In this document: piece by piece, positions 1 through 14,110 of the stretch
Layout: every line of letters begins with the position of its first letter
Position numbering within the stretch: position 1 is the stretch's first letter
Assembly: GCA_964304625.1 (NCBI GenBank)
Contig: OZ199840.1
Coordinates: forward strand, 4,823,000 to 4,886,999
DNA: 64,000 nucleotides
From: Kudoa neothunni
Taxonomy: Eukaryota > Animalia > Cnidaria
Reading direction: 5' to 3'
The notes under the pieces: model-generated
Database searches by the model: none
Seen by the model: only the letters and a program-made list of their open reading frames with translations
What the model was told of the DNA's origin: nothing
Translations under genes and position numbers: made by a program

Positions 1-28
1 AATATTTATAAATAATTAAAACATATAC

Positions 29-510
29 TTGACATGGTAGACAAGTTATTGGAGGTTTAAGTTCCACAACTAATTTATATTTGTATACAACTATATCTAG
101 TTGTTATTTCGAAAGTTACTTGTTGTCATATTGCATAAGGCATACTCCTCACATATTTTCCATCTTTTAGGAGATTCGTTGATAGTACCCTGCACGTTTT
201 GGATAAAGTCATTTATATGCTTAAACTAAAACTATTTGAACATTATTCAAATGATAAAAGATACTATGTGACGTGTTATTAATTTTGAATCACTTTTGAT
301 AATTTTTAATACATCAACAAATTGTTCTGTTGCTGTTTGTGATAAGGTAAACTAGTGGATTATATTTTTAGGATTATAATTATGTTGATGTACATTTTCT
401 CTTGTGACATCTTCACGTAAAAGCAAACAAGTACCTATAATATATTAATAAATAATATGACATTTACTTTCACCAATGCAAGTGAGCAATGTTCCTATCA
501 GTAGATTCAT
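29..510 (-). CDS. Secreted Cys-motif protein, paralog 1 (5 exons in window; 3' end runs off window start)
   Basis: Exons 510-474, 434-394, 351-265, 219-120, 69-29 join in frame over GT-AG introns: MNLLIGTLLTCIGTCLLLREDVTRENFTLSQTATEQFVDVLKIIKSDSKLITRHIHINDFIQNVQGTINESPKRWKICEEYALCNMTTIVELKPPITCLPCQ. Hydrophobic N-terminus; same intron phases (1,0,0,1,0) and motifs as the gene at 2374-3328. Confidence 0.85.
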
Positions 511-2373
511 TTTTAGGTATTATATACGTATATTAATTGTATGACAATATTAGAGGTTCAATATTTAATATTAATGAATTATTTCTTTGGAATAAAGTTA
601 AAATGTATAAATTAAAGTTTATTAATAATTATATTATATAAAAAAATATATACAAGAATAGGTACAAAAATAATAAATAAAATTATTATTTACTATATAA
701 TAAACTTCTGGTTAGAATCTTAAGATCTTATTTACTGCAAAAAACAAAGCATTACGACATTATTTTCTCACATAATATTTCACTACACATACCTATGCAT
801 TATATATTTTCTTATTGATTATTTTTATATTATTATCTAAGTATAGGAAATATCATGAATGCCAATTGTATTCTATTTACTCAGATTTATATCAACAATA
901 ACCAATTCTTCGTTCATAGATAATTACTAAGTTAAAAATTATTCAATTTTTGTTTCAAATATATTTAAAAATATTTCATTTATTAATTGAAGAATAAAAT
1001 TACTCAACACTATTTGTGAGATTTTAATTCCGATAAAAGATAAAAAATACATAAAGGGTCTTATTATAATCCATAAATCTTTTTAGGTCAATCATATTGC
1101 AACTGTTCTTACTTTTCGATTCATGACATGATTAATTCTTTTTGAAATATTTCGACTAAATATGGTTTACAATAAAAAATAAAAACTATATTATTACTTT
1201 TATTAAATAAATAATTTTAAAAAATTTATCATTTATAATTTACGGGAATTATAAAGTTGACACTTAATATAAATAAATTTGTCTTTATTTAAACAACGTG
1301 ACTCAATTTTATTATTAATTGTAAATAAAATTAAACAGTTTTAGCAATGTTGATATGTTGATGTCCGTATTAAGAACTAAATATTATATAATTCATATTC
1401 TTTCTAATGCTTCTGATAGTAATATTAATTTTTATCACTATCTTTATTCATTTTGGCATATCTTTCAACTGCAGTAGACTAAGTGAACTATTGTTACACT
1501 AATTTGGAGCAGGTACAATAAAGTCTAAATATTTTAAGCTATTAATAATTGTCCCGGATAATAAACAGACATTAACTAACTATTATAGAAAAATCAAAAT
1601 ATAATTGTAATAGAATATGAAGTTATTTCTATTAGTGTATTATTTATCAATACTTTAAGTTGAGATATCTTTTTGAAAAATCACGATAACTTTAATTTTT
1701 AATATGTTCGGTCAGTTAGTTATAGAGATATTAATTGCTTGTGAAATAGCCAGTCTTAAAAAATTGTTTCGGTTGTTTTCGATTGAGAATAATGGAATAT
1801 TTGTCTATTTTATACTATTAAAATCTTAATAAATTCAAATAATTTCTCCTGGATAAAGTCATCTTCAAAAATTCAGAATTTAGAGGTGTATTATTATTTT
1901 AAACAATTATTTATAACTGAAAATTACAAAGAAAATGAAAGTATTACGATATTTTAGACGTAGCCCTTGTCTTCCTATGAATCACAATATTTAGAAGTAG
2001 TTTATCACAAAAAATTGCATTATTACCAATTAATTTCTCTTTTATAATTATTACATCGCGTAACACGAAAACTTTAACTGTTAGTAGTCAAAGAATGTAC
2101 AACAAAATTAAATTTTTAAAATAATTAAATATTCAAATTAAACTAAACTAAATAGTGATAGAATATCGTAAATTGTTGTTCGATTATTGTAATTTTCCAT
2201 AAAATAATTTATTTGTTTTTAATTGTCCATTGGCAATGGATATTTAAATAATTTCCTAAATTTACTCAAAATAACTTAAAATAAGTGGTGAGAAAAATAT
2301 CATGTTTAAAAGAATCGAATATAGTGATCAGTAAAGATTATAACGAATATCTCATTCTAGAGTAGTTAGCGAA

Positions 2374-3328
2374 TTATGGTGACTCAAATCGATATTTTTC
2401 GGTTTTGCCTTCTCCATCTGATAATGTTATGTCCACATTACCTTTAACCAGTTTAGCAACTAAAATTTAATTTCAACAATGTCTCTCCATACACACATTT
2501 ACGTGGTTGATTCGTTGGAGGAGTAACATTTAATTCTTCAAGCTCATAATCTAAAAGAAAATTTTTTAATTATTATTCATCAGAAATTTTTCATATTTAG
2601 GTTACCCGAAGCTCGATTAAAGTCATCAGCGGTGTAACTTGTACACAGCTTATATCTATTACAACTACTGAATAAACTATATTCTAAATCAAATCCCTAG
2701 AAACTATATATTTTCGAAATAAAATAATGATGAAAATAACTTCACGAGGTGGTCTAGGATCTTCAATGATTGTTCTATGGAATATCATCTATTTTTTAAT
2801 TTAAAACGTAAAATATCAAATATGTTTATCGTCGTTTAATATATCTTTACTTTGCATGGAAGACAAAGCATTGGTCTTTTTATTCGTATAACTTCAACTT
2901 ATTCTTATTATAAAAGAGATAAATTAATGATTACTGTACCGTTAGAATCATCACATTCTGCATATTTCTTGCACATGCTACCTCGAAAAAGTGATTCATT
3001 GACCGAATCATCCATATTCCTCGAAATGTTGGTAATAGTTTTCCACTATAAGATATTAGCATTTATATCTTAATATTTGGAAATATTTACGAGGGAATAA
3101 TCGTCGAAATATTCTTGCTGTTGAAGGAATTCAAACGCTTTTTCCATTTGGACCTTAGCCTTTTTTGACAGAACCAACTGCTAACCAACTTAACGTATTA
3201 GACGTGTTTACGTGTGTATTACTTGTTGTGTGAATATTTCATTGGGTTGATATGCGACAAGCAGAACTATTACGTATTATATAGAAAGTAATTTTAAATA
3301 TACCTATAACCAAACTCCACGGAGCCAT
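2374..3328 (-). CDS. Secreted Cys-motif protein, paralog 2 (9 exons, 194 aa)
   Basis: Exons 3328-3304, 3266-3223, 3180-3091, 3045-2940, 2897-2851, 2788-2741, 2696-2606, 2550-2503, 2459-2374 sum to 585 nt with consistent phases and GT-AG introns: MAPWSLVIVLLVAYQPNEIF...NESLFRGSMCKKYAEC...RPMLCLPCKMIF...SSCNRYKLC...KYRFESP*. Confidence 0.85.
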
Positions 3329-4191
3329 TATTTTTGTTAAGCGGATTTCACTGGATTTTAAACACGAACCATGCAACTATTAATATTATCGCTAACCATA
3401 GTTTTAGATAAGAAAATAAACCAGAAGTATAATATTTTTATTAATATGTAATTTATTAACATAAACTGGCTAATTGATGTTAATTATAAACAATTTTAAT
3501 CGAATAAATCATAAATAGGGGGAGCGACAGCACAAATTTACAAAATTAATAACCGGGAATTAACTTTTGAATATTTTCTGCTTAGTGAGCATATTATGTA
3601 TTATATTTATCAATAAGACCAACTTATCGGAGTTTTTTGAGATTCCAACAATACGATAATGCAGTTTAGTTAATTATATTGCAAACGTTGGTTATTCGCA
3701 CTATCTTGCGGATAAATTAAAAAGGAATTTTTTGATATCTGAGATTATAATATTAACTTTACATAAAATATATTGAGAGTTTTCTAAATACTTCGGAATT
3801 CGACAAAGAAGGGTATCATTAAATATTTAAATTTTTTCGCCGACTATTGGCACGGGAATAATATTCAGGTGTCATTAATGTTGATTATAGATGATTATAT
3901 CTTAGTCCTGTGAGCGAAGTGATGATCTTGAAATAATTATATATAGCAGATTATAAAAAACTCAATCTGTATATAGCTCGTGAGCAAAAGTTACTTAGAT
4001 CCAAAATTATCACGGCATATGCGTACATATTATTTATTATTCCTATTTTACATAAAAATAGCCGTTAGTTTAGAGAAAACCCAACAATTATAAATCCGTG
4101 AAAACCCGTATAAAATGATGCTCGTTATTTTTATTTAATTTTTATTCGTCTCTGAGGAGATTACGCATAAGTGACCACCTAATACCTAATG

Positions 4192-4875
4192 CAGTGGTGT
4201 TCAATCGGGGATCCGCGCAGGAATACATACGAAAATTTTTTATTGGCATCTAAATTTAAATAAATGCTGTCTATATGTTTGGCGATGTGGAATATGAACA
4301 ATTTTAATTAATTATTATTCTCATAGCGTGTACCTAAATTAAGAATAATTTTAATAATAAAGATTTTAAACCTTTAATTTGTTAAACCCCACTAAATGTT
4401 GGTGCTGATAGCGGTTCTCCAAGAATCTGAGTTCGTTTTTGAATGCATGAGCCTGAATTTCATCAACGTCTGATATCGTTTCGTTCTTTTTCCTTTAAAA
4501 ATTTTCTGCATTGAAAACATTTTGTGATACTACCAGGGATGGTGTTGTTCTATCGCAATTTAAACAACAGAAAGTGAATGATCCATGCTCGCTTTCACTT
4601 ATGAACAATATCCAAAAAGTTATCGCTTTCGATTCAACGCTTTGACACGAAGTCAAAAAATATCCAGACATTGTAGCTGCAATACGATGTCACCAACCAT
4701 AAATATCACATTAGTTTTTATTTATTTTGAAAATATTTCTGTTATTTTTTTGGTGAGCGCGTGCAAACTTTAAAACATGTATTTTCATCATTTAAGTTTA
4801 ATTTTATGTGGGGATCCGCGAAAATTTTTAATCTCTTTGGGGGTTCCGCGGTTCCAAAAATGTTGGAAACCACTG
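4192..4875 (-). mobile_element. Non-autonomous hAT (Buster/Charlie-like) element
   Basis: Termini CAGTGGTGTTCAA / TTGGAAACCACTG with subterminal GGG(A/T)TCCGCG motifs; imperfect 8-bp TSD ACCTAATG/ATCTAATC; decayed transposase C-terminus on minus strand. Confidence 0.75.
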
Positions 4876-5744
4876 ATCTAATCCTAATGTACCATCCATC
4901 TATTTATGTCATCCAAATTATTTTCTAAAAAAATTATAATAACCATCCCATATTACGATCAATAAAAATATTTTTTATTTTAACCTTTAAAAATTAAATT
5001 ACACGTTTACTATTACATATATTCAAATTGTAATAGTAATTTTTGAATAAATAATTTAAAAATGCTATAACAAAGTGGTTGGAAAATTTTATTTAAAAAA
5101 AATAATAGAAGTTGTTCTTCTATTAAGATAAAAATATAGTTCTCTTATTGAAGATAAATATAATGTAATCAATATTTAATGATCTAAAATATAAAAACCC
5201 TATTTATCGATTAAATAAAGTTTAGTCCATATATATTGATTATATCGAAGCAACTAAAGCTAACAAATTAAAAATAATAACGCCCATTTATAAATTTGTT
5301 TATTTGAATAACGAGAACAAAAAAGAGCATAATATACATGGGTAAATTTTATTTAGAGACACAAATGGACATTTATTAGCAACATCAGAAATATATTATG
5401 ACTATGCTCGCTTGACTCTTTTTGGGAACGATGATGTTTAAATATTAGAAGAGTACCATAAAGTATTTAGATAACTGAGTGTAGCTAAAGGAAGCTCGCA
5501 ATTCTCCGTATACAAATATACAAATATTCAAGTATAATAGTTTGAATATCAGTAATAATAATAAATTAAATTAACCAAGAAAATAATTAAATGATTCATT
5601 AAATAAGATCAGGGAAAAAATGTGATAAATAACAATTGAAAATTATCTTGTAAGATAATTAAAATGATAGAATTAAACATAATTGATGTGGGAAAAATTT
5701 TCGGCCATTAGAATGAAATCCTAAAATGGTGGTCAACAAACTCA

Positions 5745-6296
5745 CTACATAAAATGCGGAGAATCAAAGTCGCAGCCAAAATCGTTGTCAAATCGATTTT
5801 GGAACTTCATATGATGTTTTCTCATGTTCTCCTCATGACTAAACGGCTTTTTTGGTTTCATGTTGTTTGGGTGATTAAACGGTACATGTATATTCACGTG
5901 TGGTGCATGATTAAATGGTTGGTTAGGTTGATGATGATGATAAACAACTGTACCAGGTTGGTTGGGATTATAAGAAACGCCAGGGGGAGGATTTACTCCT
6001 GGTCCATAATGATGAACCTCAACCGGACCATCATTAAGGGCAGAAGGAGGAAGTTCACCCTCTAAATGGATCACATTACAATCACCATTACTCAATTAAT
6101 TATCCGTTTAAAAATAGCTCCTGTTATTCGGAACCCCTTACACAATCATATACACATATATACATATATATATATATCGATATTTACTCATAACTTTGTT
6201 ATAGGTACGGCATTTTAATATTACAATAATAATAATCGCCACAATAACAACACCAATTGGAATAAGTGCAAACATAATAATCTTTGATTGCTCCAT
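5745..6296 (-). CDS. Orphan single-pass membrane protein with Pro/His-rich tail (2 exons, ~141 aa)
   Basis: Exon 6296-6188 (MEQSKIIMFALIPIGVVIVAIIIIVILKCRTYNKVM, one TM helix) joins in phase 1 to exon 6061-5745 (KGELPPSALNDGPVEVHHYGPGVNPPPG...). Confidence 0.75.
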
Positions 6297-7320
6297 TTTT
6301 CTTTATGTAATGTAGTTTTTGATCACCAGTGGATACACAATAAACGATCCCTATAGCATGTGTTGTGAGAATTAATTGAATAATGGATTAAATCAAGAAT
6401 AATTTACTTGATAAATTATTTTTTGGAATAAAACTATTTCCTAATAAAATTTAAAATTAGACGGATAAATGGATATATAATTTATTATCGAAACAAATCA
6501 TACCAAATTATCTTGGACTGTAACAATGTCTCTTGACTATTCTCAAGAATGATGTAACCAGCAGATTGATCAACTACTGTCGCTGACCGCTTTGACTCCG
6601 AGAGATATTACTAATACCCCAAGATAATATATTTTATTGTAAATTGTATTTAATAGTATCAAAATTTTTTACAGCTATCTGAGGAATATTATTTGATACA
6701 AAAATTTATTAGTAAGATTAATGGAATTATTTACTGTGGATAAATATCAAAAGTTTTATTCGAATTTTTGGTAATTAATTTATAATATAAACTCATTTTC
6801 ACTAATACAGCTTTAGATAGCGCAATCCTACATAATCCATATTAAGGAACTTATAATCAACTATCATAAAATTTAATTACTTACAAAATTTACTCCAAGG
6901 ACCAATAGAAGTGCGAGTTATTAGTAGAGTTTTTGATTTTTTATCAATATTCATGGAATTACTGAAATAATTAAATTTATGTATAAAATGAATGAGTTAA
7001 AACTATTTTATCAGTTACGTACTGCGTGATAAAAATATTGCGTAATGGTGATTACAAAGGTTATTAAAGGGTCGCGCCGATTACGTATGATGTGTTTGGT
7101 TTTTCTCTATATCAGTTGTTCATTAAATAATTTAATATTGATTGGAAATATGAATCTTCAATTTTTATGAGTCTAATCAGAAAGCACAATAAGGTTTTTT
7201 TGGTATTTATATAATTTAAAAATATAATTTAAAATTCTATTAATGTTTTTTTTTGTATTTAAAATAGATTCTAATAAAAAATAATGATTCCCACTACTGA
7301 TCAGTCTACTGTTTCTGTAC

Positions 7321-7693
7321 GAGTGAGTCTCTATCCTATAATGGGAGCTGTTGTTAGAGTGCAATTGCACATGAGTGTAATTTCACCTGCAGTTAAGGAG
7401 GTTCGATCTAGCAGACGAGGTTGAGTTAGACGTTTGAATCGCTGGGATGCAGTACCAGTCATATGAGATCTCTGTAGAATCAGTCCTATTGAATAAGTAG
7501 GGTTTGGGGTGATGCTAGTACACATTCGAGTATTTTTTGTAGACTAAACTCCCACACCACCGCAGAATCATATGGGCGCGGAGGGGATGTTACTCGTCCT
7601 GCGGTGCCTACAGAGTTAATGGGGATAGTCTAACCAGTCATAACTCCACAACCTAATAAGTTGCTTCAGGGGTTTTACCTTGTAAAAATAAAA
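7321..7693 (+). mobile_element. SINE family copy A (5' head degraded)
   Basis: Shares GTCTCTATCC...TGGGAGCTGT with the copy at 43707-44080 and the 3' tail CTAATAAGTTGC..CAGGGGTTTTACCTTGTAAA followed by an A-rich end. Confidence 0.7.
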
Positions 7694-9092
7694 TCTCAAC
7701 TTCCTATTAATATGAAAATTGTAAAATGTTTCAAAACCTGTTGAACTCTTATATATTCTATTCTTATATATTGTATAGTGGATGGAGGTTAATATGCACA
7801 TCTGCTTGTTTATACGGAATTTACCACTTTTTAACACATCACTAAAGTTGACGTTTATGAACTTAATTCAGTTTTAATTTTTGCATCAGAGAAATAATTT
7901 TTCCACAAAAATTTTATAAAATATCGAAATTTAATCGCATTGTGGGGTGGTACGCTCCTTCTTCCCTGAAATTGATCTTAAAATCAAGCGCAGGTACCAT
8001 TTAATTTGTACTTTTGGTTGAAAAAACCTTCATAAATTTACATGCTTATAATAAATGAAATATAATATTCATTAAAATACGTGGAGTTAATAGCAGAAAA
8101 ATAAAAGTCATACCATTACAAATTTTGTGGATGTTTTCGTATTGAGTTTAAATATTATTCTATCCAAGAAATTATAAATTATTGAATTAGATGAAGGTGG
8201 AGCTGTAAATATTAAAAAAAGCAAACAATCGATGAATTAGACAAATAATCTACGAATGGATTACTTAAGTCCGAATATTTTGGATATTCATCATAGGAAT
8301 TTATTTGTAAAAGTTATGATATTGTGAGGAAAATGAAGGAAAATGTCTAAGATATGATTTATGGTTGTTTTTAAGATTTTAAAAAACATTTTAATTTGTG
8401 TAGGTTAAACATTTACAATAATCCAAAAATCGTTGATGAATATAAGTATAAAAATTACCCTGAAAAATTCGAAACTCAAAATGGGGTTGAATTTTAAGGA
8501 AGACAAAATTTTTGATTCAATTTTCGTGAAATTTCCCATATAGAAAATATTAAAAATGGAGAAAGATCTTGTGGTTGAACATGACGGTTTTCAACTACTT
8601 AAAACATTATTAAGTGTCACTTTTGGAATTTGTGAATGTCGAAGCAAAGACGACGAAAAATATCAAAATTACTCCAGTCATTTCGAGATATTAGTCTTTC
8701 CTATTTAGAAACAGTTGATAGAGAAATATCTAAATTATCAAAACCATTTTAATGCCTCAAATATATAAAGGGATTTAAAACAAAAAATGGTTCCATTTAT
8801 TTCTACAAATACGTTTAAAATTTAGATAGGTATTATTTAACGTATACAAGGAGTGCAAGAAACAAATAAAATTAACCATGGTTTTTTAAAATAAATATTA
8901 CAATGATAATCAAAGAATAACAGAATTTCGTGTTTTCACATACGTCTTACAAGCACGTATTACCCGTCACCCACTGTAATTGTATTTTTTAGGTGAAATT
9001 AAGATACATATAAATTATATTTTAATCAGAGTCAATTTTAAGTTTTTTTTGTATTATTTTAAATTTTAATCATTCAAATTAACCCTTTGAGG

Positions 9093-11099
9093 AAGTGTTT
9101 CCCGACCTGGGGCCATGAATAATTTTCTAACTAATTTGGACGGCGCAGGAAAATGCGGACCCATGGCTGTGTAGAATACCCTTAAGATGGAGAATATTAT
9201 TTAACTTCTGGACTCAAGATATATTGATCAAATACAAATATTAGATTTATTTAAGTAACATAGTTTTGTTTTATGAGTAACAGAGCATATATTAAGATGG
9301 GGAACGATATAAAAACTTACCTCATCATACGACATATGACCTGAAACGGTCAACACGTTCCCTAGGCAGGCAATACTCATTCTTTCGTTCGTTTGTTTTT
9401 AGTGCAAACGAAAATATATTTAGTTACAAATCAGACACAGATACAAGCTAACTTTTCTATTCATTAAATTTTAGACATCTCACTATTCACGTATTTCTTG
9501 GACCTACTTAATTTCATGGTACAACGCGGTGTGAGTTCGTACGTTCTTCTATTTTTAATTATTCAATACTTGAATGAAACTATTCAAAAGATATTAACGT
9601 GAAGAGAACATTTTAGGATAGTATACTATACATTAAAATTGGGGTTTTAATAACTAAATCTAAAGAGTATAATGCTATACATCTGAAATTCTTCTATAGA
9701 AAGAATTTTGTTAGTTCATAACATAAATCTACGTGAAATTTAAGATTTTTATTATTCGAAGTAATGCGCTTGTGACTATTTATGAAAATACAATATGCAC
9801 GTCCAAACGATGTGTTGGGGCTGGAAGATAATTCTGCGGCCTTAAAGATATAATGTCCTAAGCTATCTGGGTCGGTATCTATATGAAATAATATACAATT
9901 AGCGTTAAGTGTATAAACCGCTTCATATTAGCCTCTTTACGTTGTTGTTGTTGTTGCTGTTGTTGTATGTTTGAAGCGACGGTTTTTTGTCTTAACACGG
10001 TATTTTCTACAATCCTTATATGTCATTCATATTATTCATGATCAACGAAATAAACTTTTAGATATTTGATTTAACATAGAAAATTAATATAGAACTAGAC
10101 TTAAGTTATAATTGATTCAACTTTGATAAATAATATGCCTATGCTTTTTATATAAGAAAGTATTGGAGTATGTACCGATTTTAATTTAAGAAAATTGGAA
10201 TGAATTATTTTAAAGCAATTAGAATTACATATCTATTTTTTTACGTATTTTAGACTCATTAATGACTTAACGGATTAAATAAGGAAAATTAAATCGTCAT
10301 GACAATTGATGGGAAATATTGAACTTATATTTTCGTTCTAACTTCAAAATTAATCGAAAAAAATAAAAAATAAAAAATATGTTACTAAATCAAATTAAGG
10401 TATTGATTATTTGCTATATGTAGAACAAAAACATATTTTACCCCAAGAATCAATATAATGAAAATGAAGCATGTGGTTTTACATGAAGTAGAATGAACTC
10501 CCAATTTATGAAATCGCGCCATCTAAAAGACATTGAAAATTATAATTGATCGAGTTTAAAAGAAATATGTTACTTAATATTTTATATGGATAGAGAGAAA
10601 TTATGGGTAAAAACATATTTTGTGTCCATTGCATTGAATATGGAGGCAACAAGTTAACAAATACTAGTATTTTTTAAATTTCTTTTGATGATATCATTTA
10701 GTCCGAAATTAATTACGTAAAAATAACAAATGACAAATATTATAAACAGAACAATTATTTTTAAATCATTAAAATGCGAGAATATCACGAAAATCATTAA
10801 AAACCAAAAGTGATAAGTCGATAGGAGTATCTTGATGGTTTGATAAAATTGGTTTCAAGTGAAATATTATTACTTTGCAGACCCAGTAAAATTAGTACTA
10901 AATAATATTATTAAATTAACGGAGTAAAAATAATTATGATAAAGTATATAATTTAACTTATCTTATACAATACGGGATATAATTATAATTAAACAAAATT
11001 CCTTTTAATTCTAGAAAAAACTTACAAGATTTACGTGGATTACCGGATATTTTATTGAAAATAAATGAATCACGGATAAAAAAAGGTTGAGAAATACTG
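9093..11099 (+). mobile_element. Decayed hAT (Buster/ZBED5-like) element
   Basis: Termini AAGTGTTTCCCGACCT / AGGTTGAGAAATACTG; 8-bp TSD CTTTGAGG/CTCTAAGG (6/8); BED-finger remnant (C-VVLHEV...FMKSRHLK) near 10470-10530. Confidence 0.6.
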
Positions 11100-11255
11100 C
11101 TCTAAGGACCCCAAACCATAATTAATTTTCCCAGCATTGTGTATGTAATAATCCGAAATTCGTAAAATTCTATCTATTCTCCTAATATTCAATATTGTTC
11201 ATTCTTTGAAAATCTCGAGCGAAGTCAATAAAAATTAGGTGCAACAAAAAATTAT

Positions 11256-12291
11256 CCTCTGAGGACCTATGGGGTCCAATAGACCCCACGACGCTTTTTG
11301 GTCAATATGCTTTAAAAATAAATAAAAATGTATCTATGCAAGTATTATTCATTTTGGTTACATAATGATATAGAAATTTGTAACAAAATTAGTATATTAA
11401 TGTTTATTTTTCGTATGGATTTAATTATTCACACGTGACCAATAATTAAAATAGACATGGTAAACTTTCATCTACACACACAAAATAAATTTGTTGAATC
11501 GTAAAGAGTAAATATAACCTATTTGAATATACTTAGTAATTTAATTACGTCTGCTTTGAAATGAAATCTTCAAAACAATTGATATATTTGATTATTTATT
11601 CACAAATCGTTTGTGAATACAAAATTTTTGCAATCTAACATGCTTCTAGCGTATTAAATGAAATAGAAAGTATGGCCAGCGAATTTTTTATGACATTTGC
11701 TGTACCGATTCTTGATATTATAGGTTTACTAAAGCTCCACATAATACCACCTTAACTGATTATTAGATCTTCAGTATTACCACATTCTACCAATTCAATC
11801 GACGTTTCAGATGATACCGTATAGTTTTCTTCAAATTCATTTCCTAAAGATTGAAATTCATCAATACACTCATCAGCTTCACTCTTATTTTGTGCAGACA
11901 CAGACGTTGGGGTGGCATTATTTGAGCATATTATCAATATGTTCATGAGCAATAATTCAGAATATTAAATTGAATATTTTTACAAAAAAATCTTAATAAT
12001 TTGATCAATTAATTTTAATCGTTTATTTCTCAAAAATGTAAAATTATTCAGCAGCGGTTTTGTATAGCGATTACATGTGATCCGGCACGAGATGGTACCG
12101 AGGATATAATAGAGGATTAATTGCACAAGTGTTCGACTCTTCCCTCCAAATTTAGTCGACAGAAATTTTTTCAACTTAATAAAATGATATATTTATATTT
12201 ATTAAGTTAATTCATCAACTAAAAAACTGGGGTCATTTGGATCTCAGAAGTCTTTGGACGATGGTCGTTTTCGCTGGCTGACCTTATAGGG
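11256..12291 (-). mobile_element. Degenerate piggyBac element
   Basis: CC(C)T...AGGG termini at TTAA-like sites, subterminal palindromes GGGGTCCAATAGACCCC and GGGGTCATTTGGATCTC, acidic transposase N-terminus remnant (ORF 11752-11952). Confidence 0.55.
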
Positions 12292-13024
12292 TCAAAACCC
12301 ATTTGCATTCAAAAATTAGATAAACTATAAATTTACATTCGAGCTTTGATCATGTTCATTTTCTTCATAAGACTTTAAAATTAATAATTAAAACAAAAAA
12401 AACTATTAAATACAATATTCGGCGCAAGCACTTCCATTCGCATCTGATATTTTGCACTAAAATATTAACTCTTAAACGATACCCTCGTGTAAATTGTACA
12501 TCCGATACCGGTGGGCTCCAAGAGCTCATCAATTCAAAAAACGCATTATGTGGATTAATTAGATCACTTGAAGGATTTAATTGTCAAAATCGCGGCAACG
12601 CGTATGTATATAGGAAAGAAACGTATATATTTTCGACTTAATGTATTTTAATGTTCGTCACAATTGTTGCATATTATATCCTTTTTAGTAGGTTCATTGC
12701 ACACGGTATTTGAACATGTGTTTCAAACTTGTTTGTTTGTCTTCGATTGAATCATAATTATCACATAAATATATATCTAACTCAGTCGAAGATACGCTTA
12801 CATGTTCAGAACAGTAAGATTCATACGATGAACTGGGTTCCCGCATTTTTGAAAGAAGATACGATTATGTGATTATTTGAGTTCAACATCAGATTAAAGT
12901 ATTAAATTTTAATATTACAATGTATAAAATCGGTTTAAAAAAATGTTATGAAATTTTACAGATATATAACCAATTTTATGGCTTTACTAAGATGAATTAA
13001 TGGCCTTTAATGATCACTCATTAA

Positions 13025-14110
13025 CCTTCTAAAATCGCTAAAAAACAATCATCGGAGGTCTTTGTGGGTCAATTTGACCCCAGATTATTATTTGATAAAC
13101 TAATTCTAAAAATTGATACCTATTCAATTTTCTGGTATTTCCCACTTCTATCGACTAGTTTTTCATTAAAACAATGTGAAATATAACAATTAATCCTGTC
13201 AAATCTTTTACGTAATTATTCGTAAGCCGTTAAGTTACGATCGTAAAATATAAGCCACTGTTTAATAGCTAATTTATTGTATAAAATAATAATTTGAGGT
13301 CTTTTTCGTGAAAAATATTTTTATTTCAATTTTCTATAAACAATAATTTAATACATAAACGAAAATAACAATTATTATTTATTTTCACGTAGACCATAAT
13401 AGTTATTCAGTTTGGTTTTTTATCCTAATCTAGCGCGAAACCCCTCCTTTGCTTTGTCAGGTTACACAAATATTTTGAGTTGAAGAACGCCTTTAAAATC
13501 ATTTAAAAAACACACGTATATTCTCATCTCAGTTAATCCATCGAAAGGACGAAACTAAAATATTTTTAAAGGAAATCGCACAAGTTCTCTATCAACCATC
13601 GACCTCTCATGGACTGAGATCTACAGAAAGGTAAAATTGTCAAAGCAAAATTACCCTATCTAGATCTAGGGACATAGACTAACAGTTGACGAATAGCCAA
13701 AAGACGTCAATGTGAATATTGTCCTCGAGGAATTGAGAAAAAAACTCAAATCACATGCTCATATTGCAATAAACCCTATTGCTCAGTTCATTCATTGGAG
13801 AAATGTAAGAATTGTTCAAATAATTAGATAATTCGGATTAAATTTTTAAAAATTTATATAATCTTTATTTTTCATGAGGAATATTAGCCATCAACTGTTC
13901 AACTAAAACGATGAACGCGAAGTATCATTAATCGTACGATCATTAGCAATTGTATTAACACAGAATAAATGATATATTAATCACCATTTTACCAAATAAC
14001 AAGTCGACAGAATTCATAAAACATCACTTCATTACATTTTGAAAAATTTTTATAGTATAATCGTAAAATAAAAACTTGGTGTCAATTTGGCCCCATAAGT
14101 CCTCTGAAGA
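13025..14110 (+). mobile_element. Internally deleted piggyBac element
   Basis: TTAA-CCTT left end, GGGTCAATTTGACCCC palindrome, intact C-terminal Cys-rich domain KRRQCEYCPRGIEKKTQITCSYCNKPYCSVHSLEKCKNC at ~13700-13825; right end is the reverse complement of the 11256 end type. Confidence 0.7.

Noticed and set aside
800-2100. Possible third paralog of the secreted Cys-motif family between the two genes
   Set aside because: Only faint echoes (GACTTTATCC, a GTAAG donor near 1110); no consistent spliced frame could be built.
2852-3073. Plus-strand 73 aa ORF
   Set aside because: Antisense shadow of the spliced minus-strand gene 2374-3328.
5754-6065. Plus-strand 103 aa ORF
   Set aside because: Antisense shadow of the Pro/His-rich exon.
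8100-8830. Possible hAT transposase C-terminal relic
   Set aside because: Too eroded to delimit; no TIR/TSD pair found.
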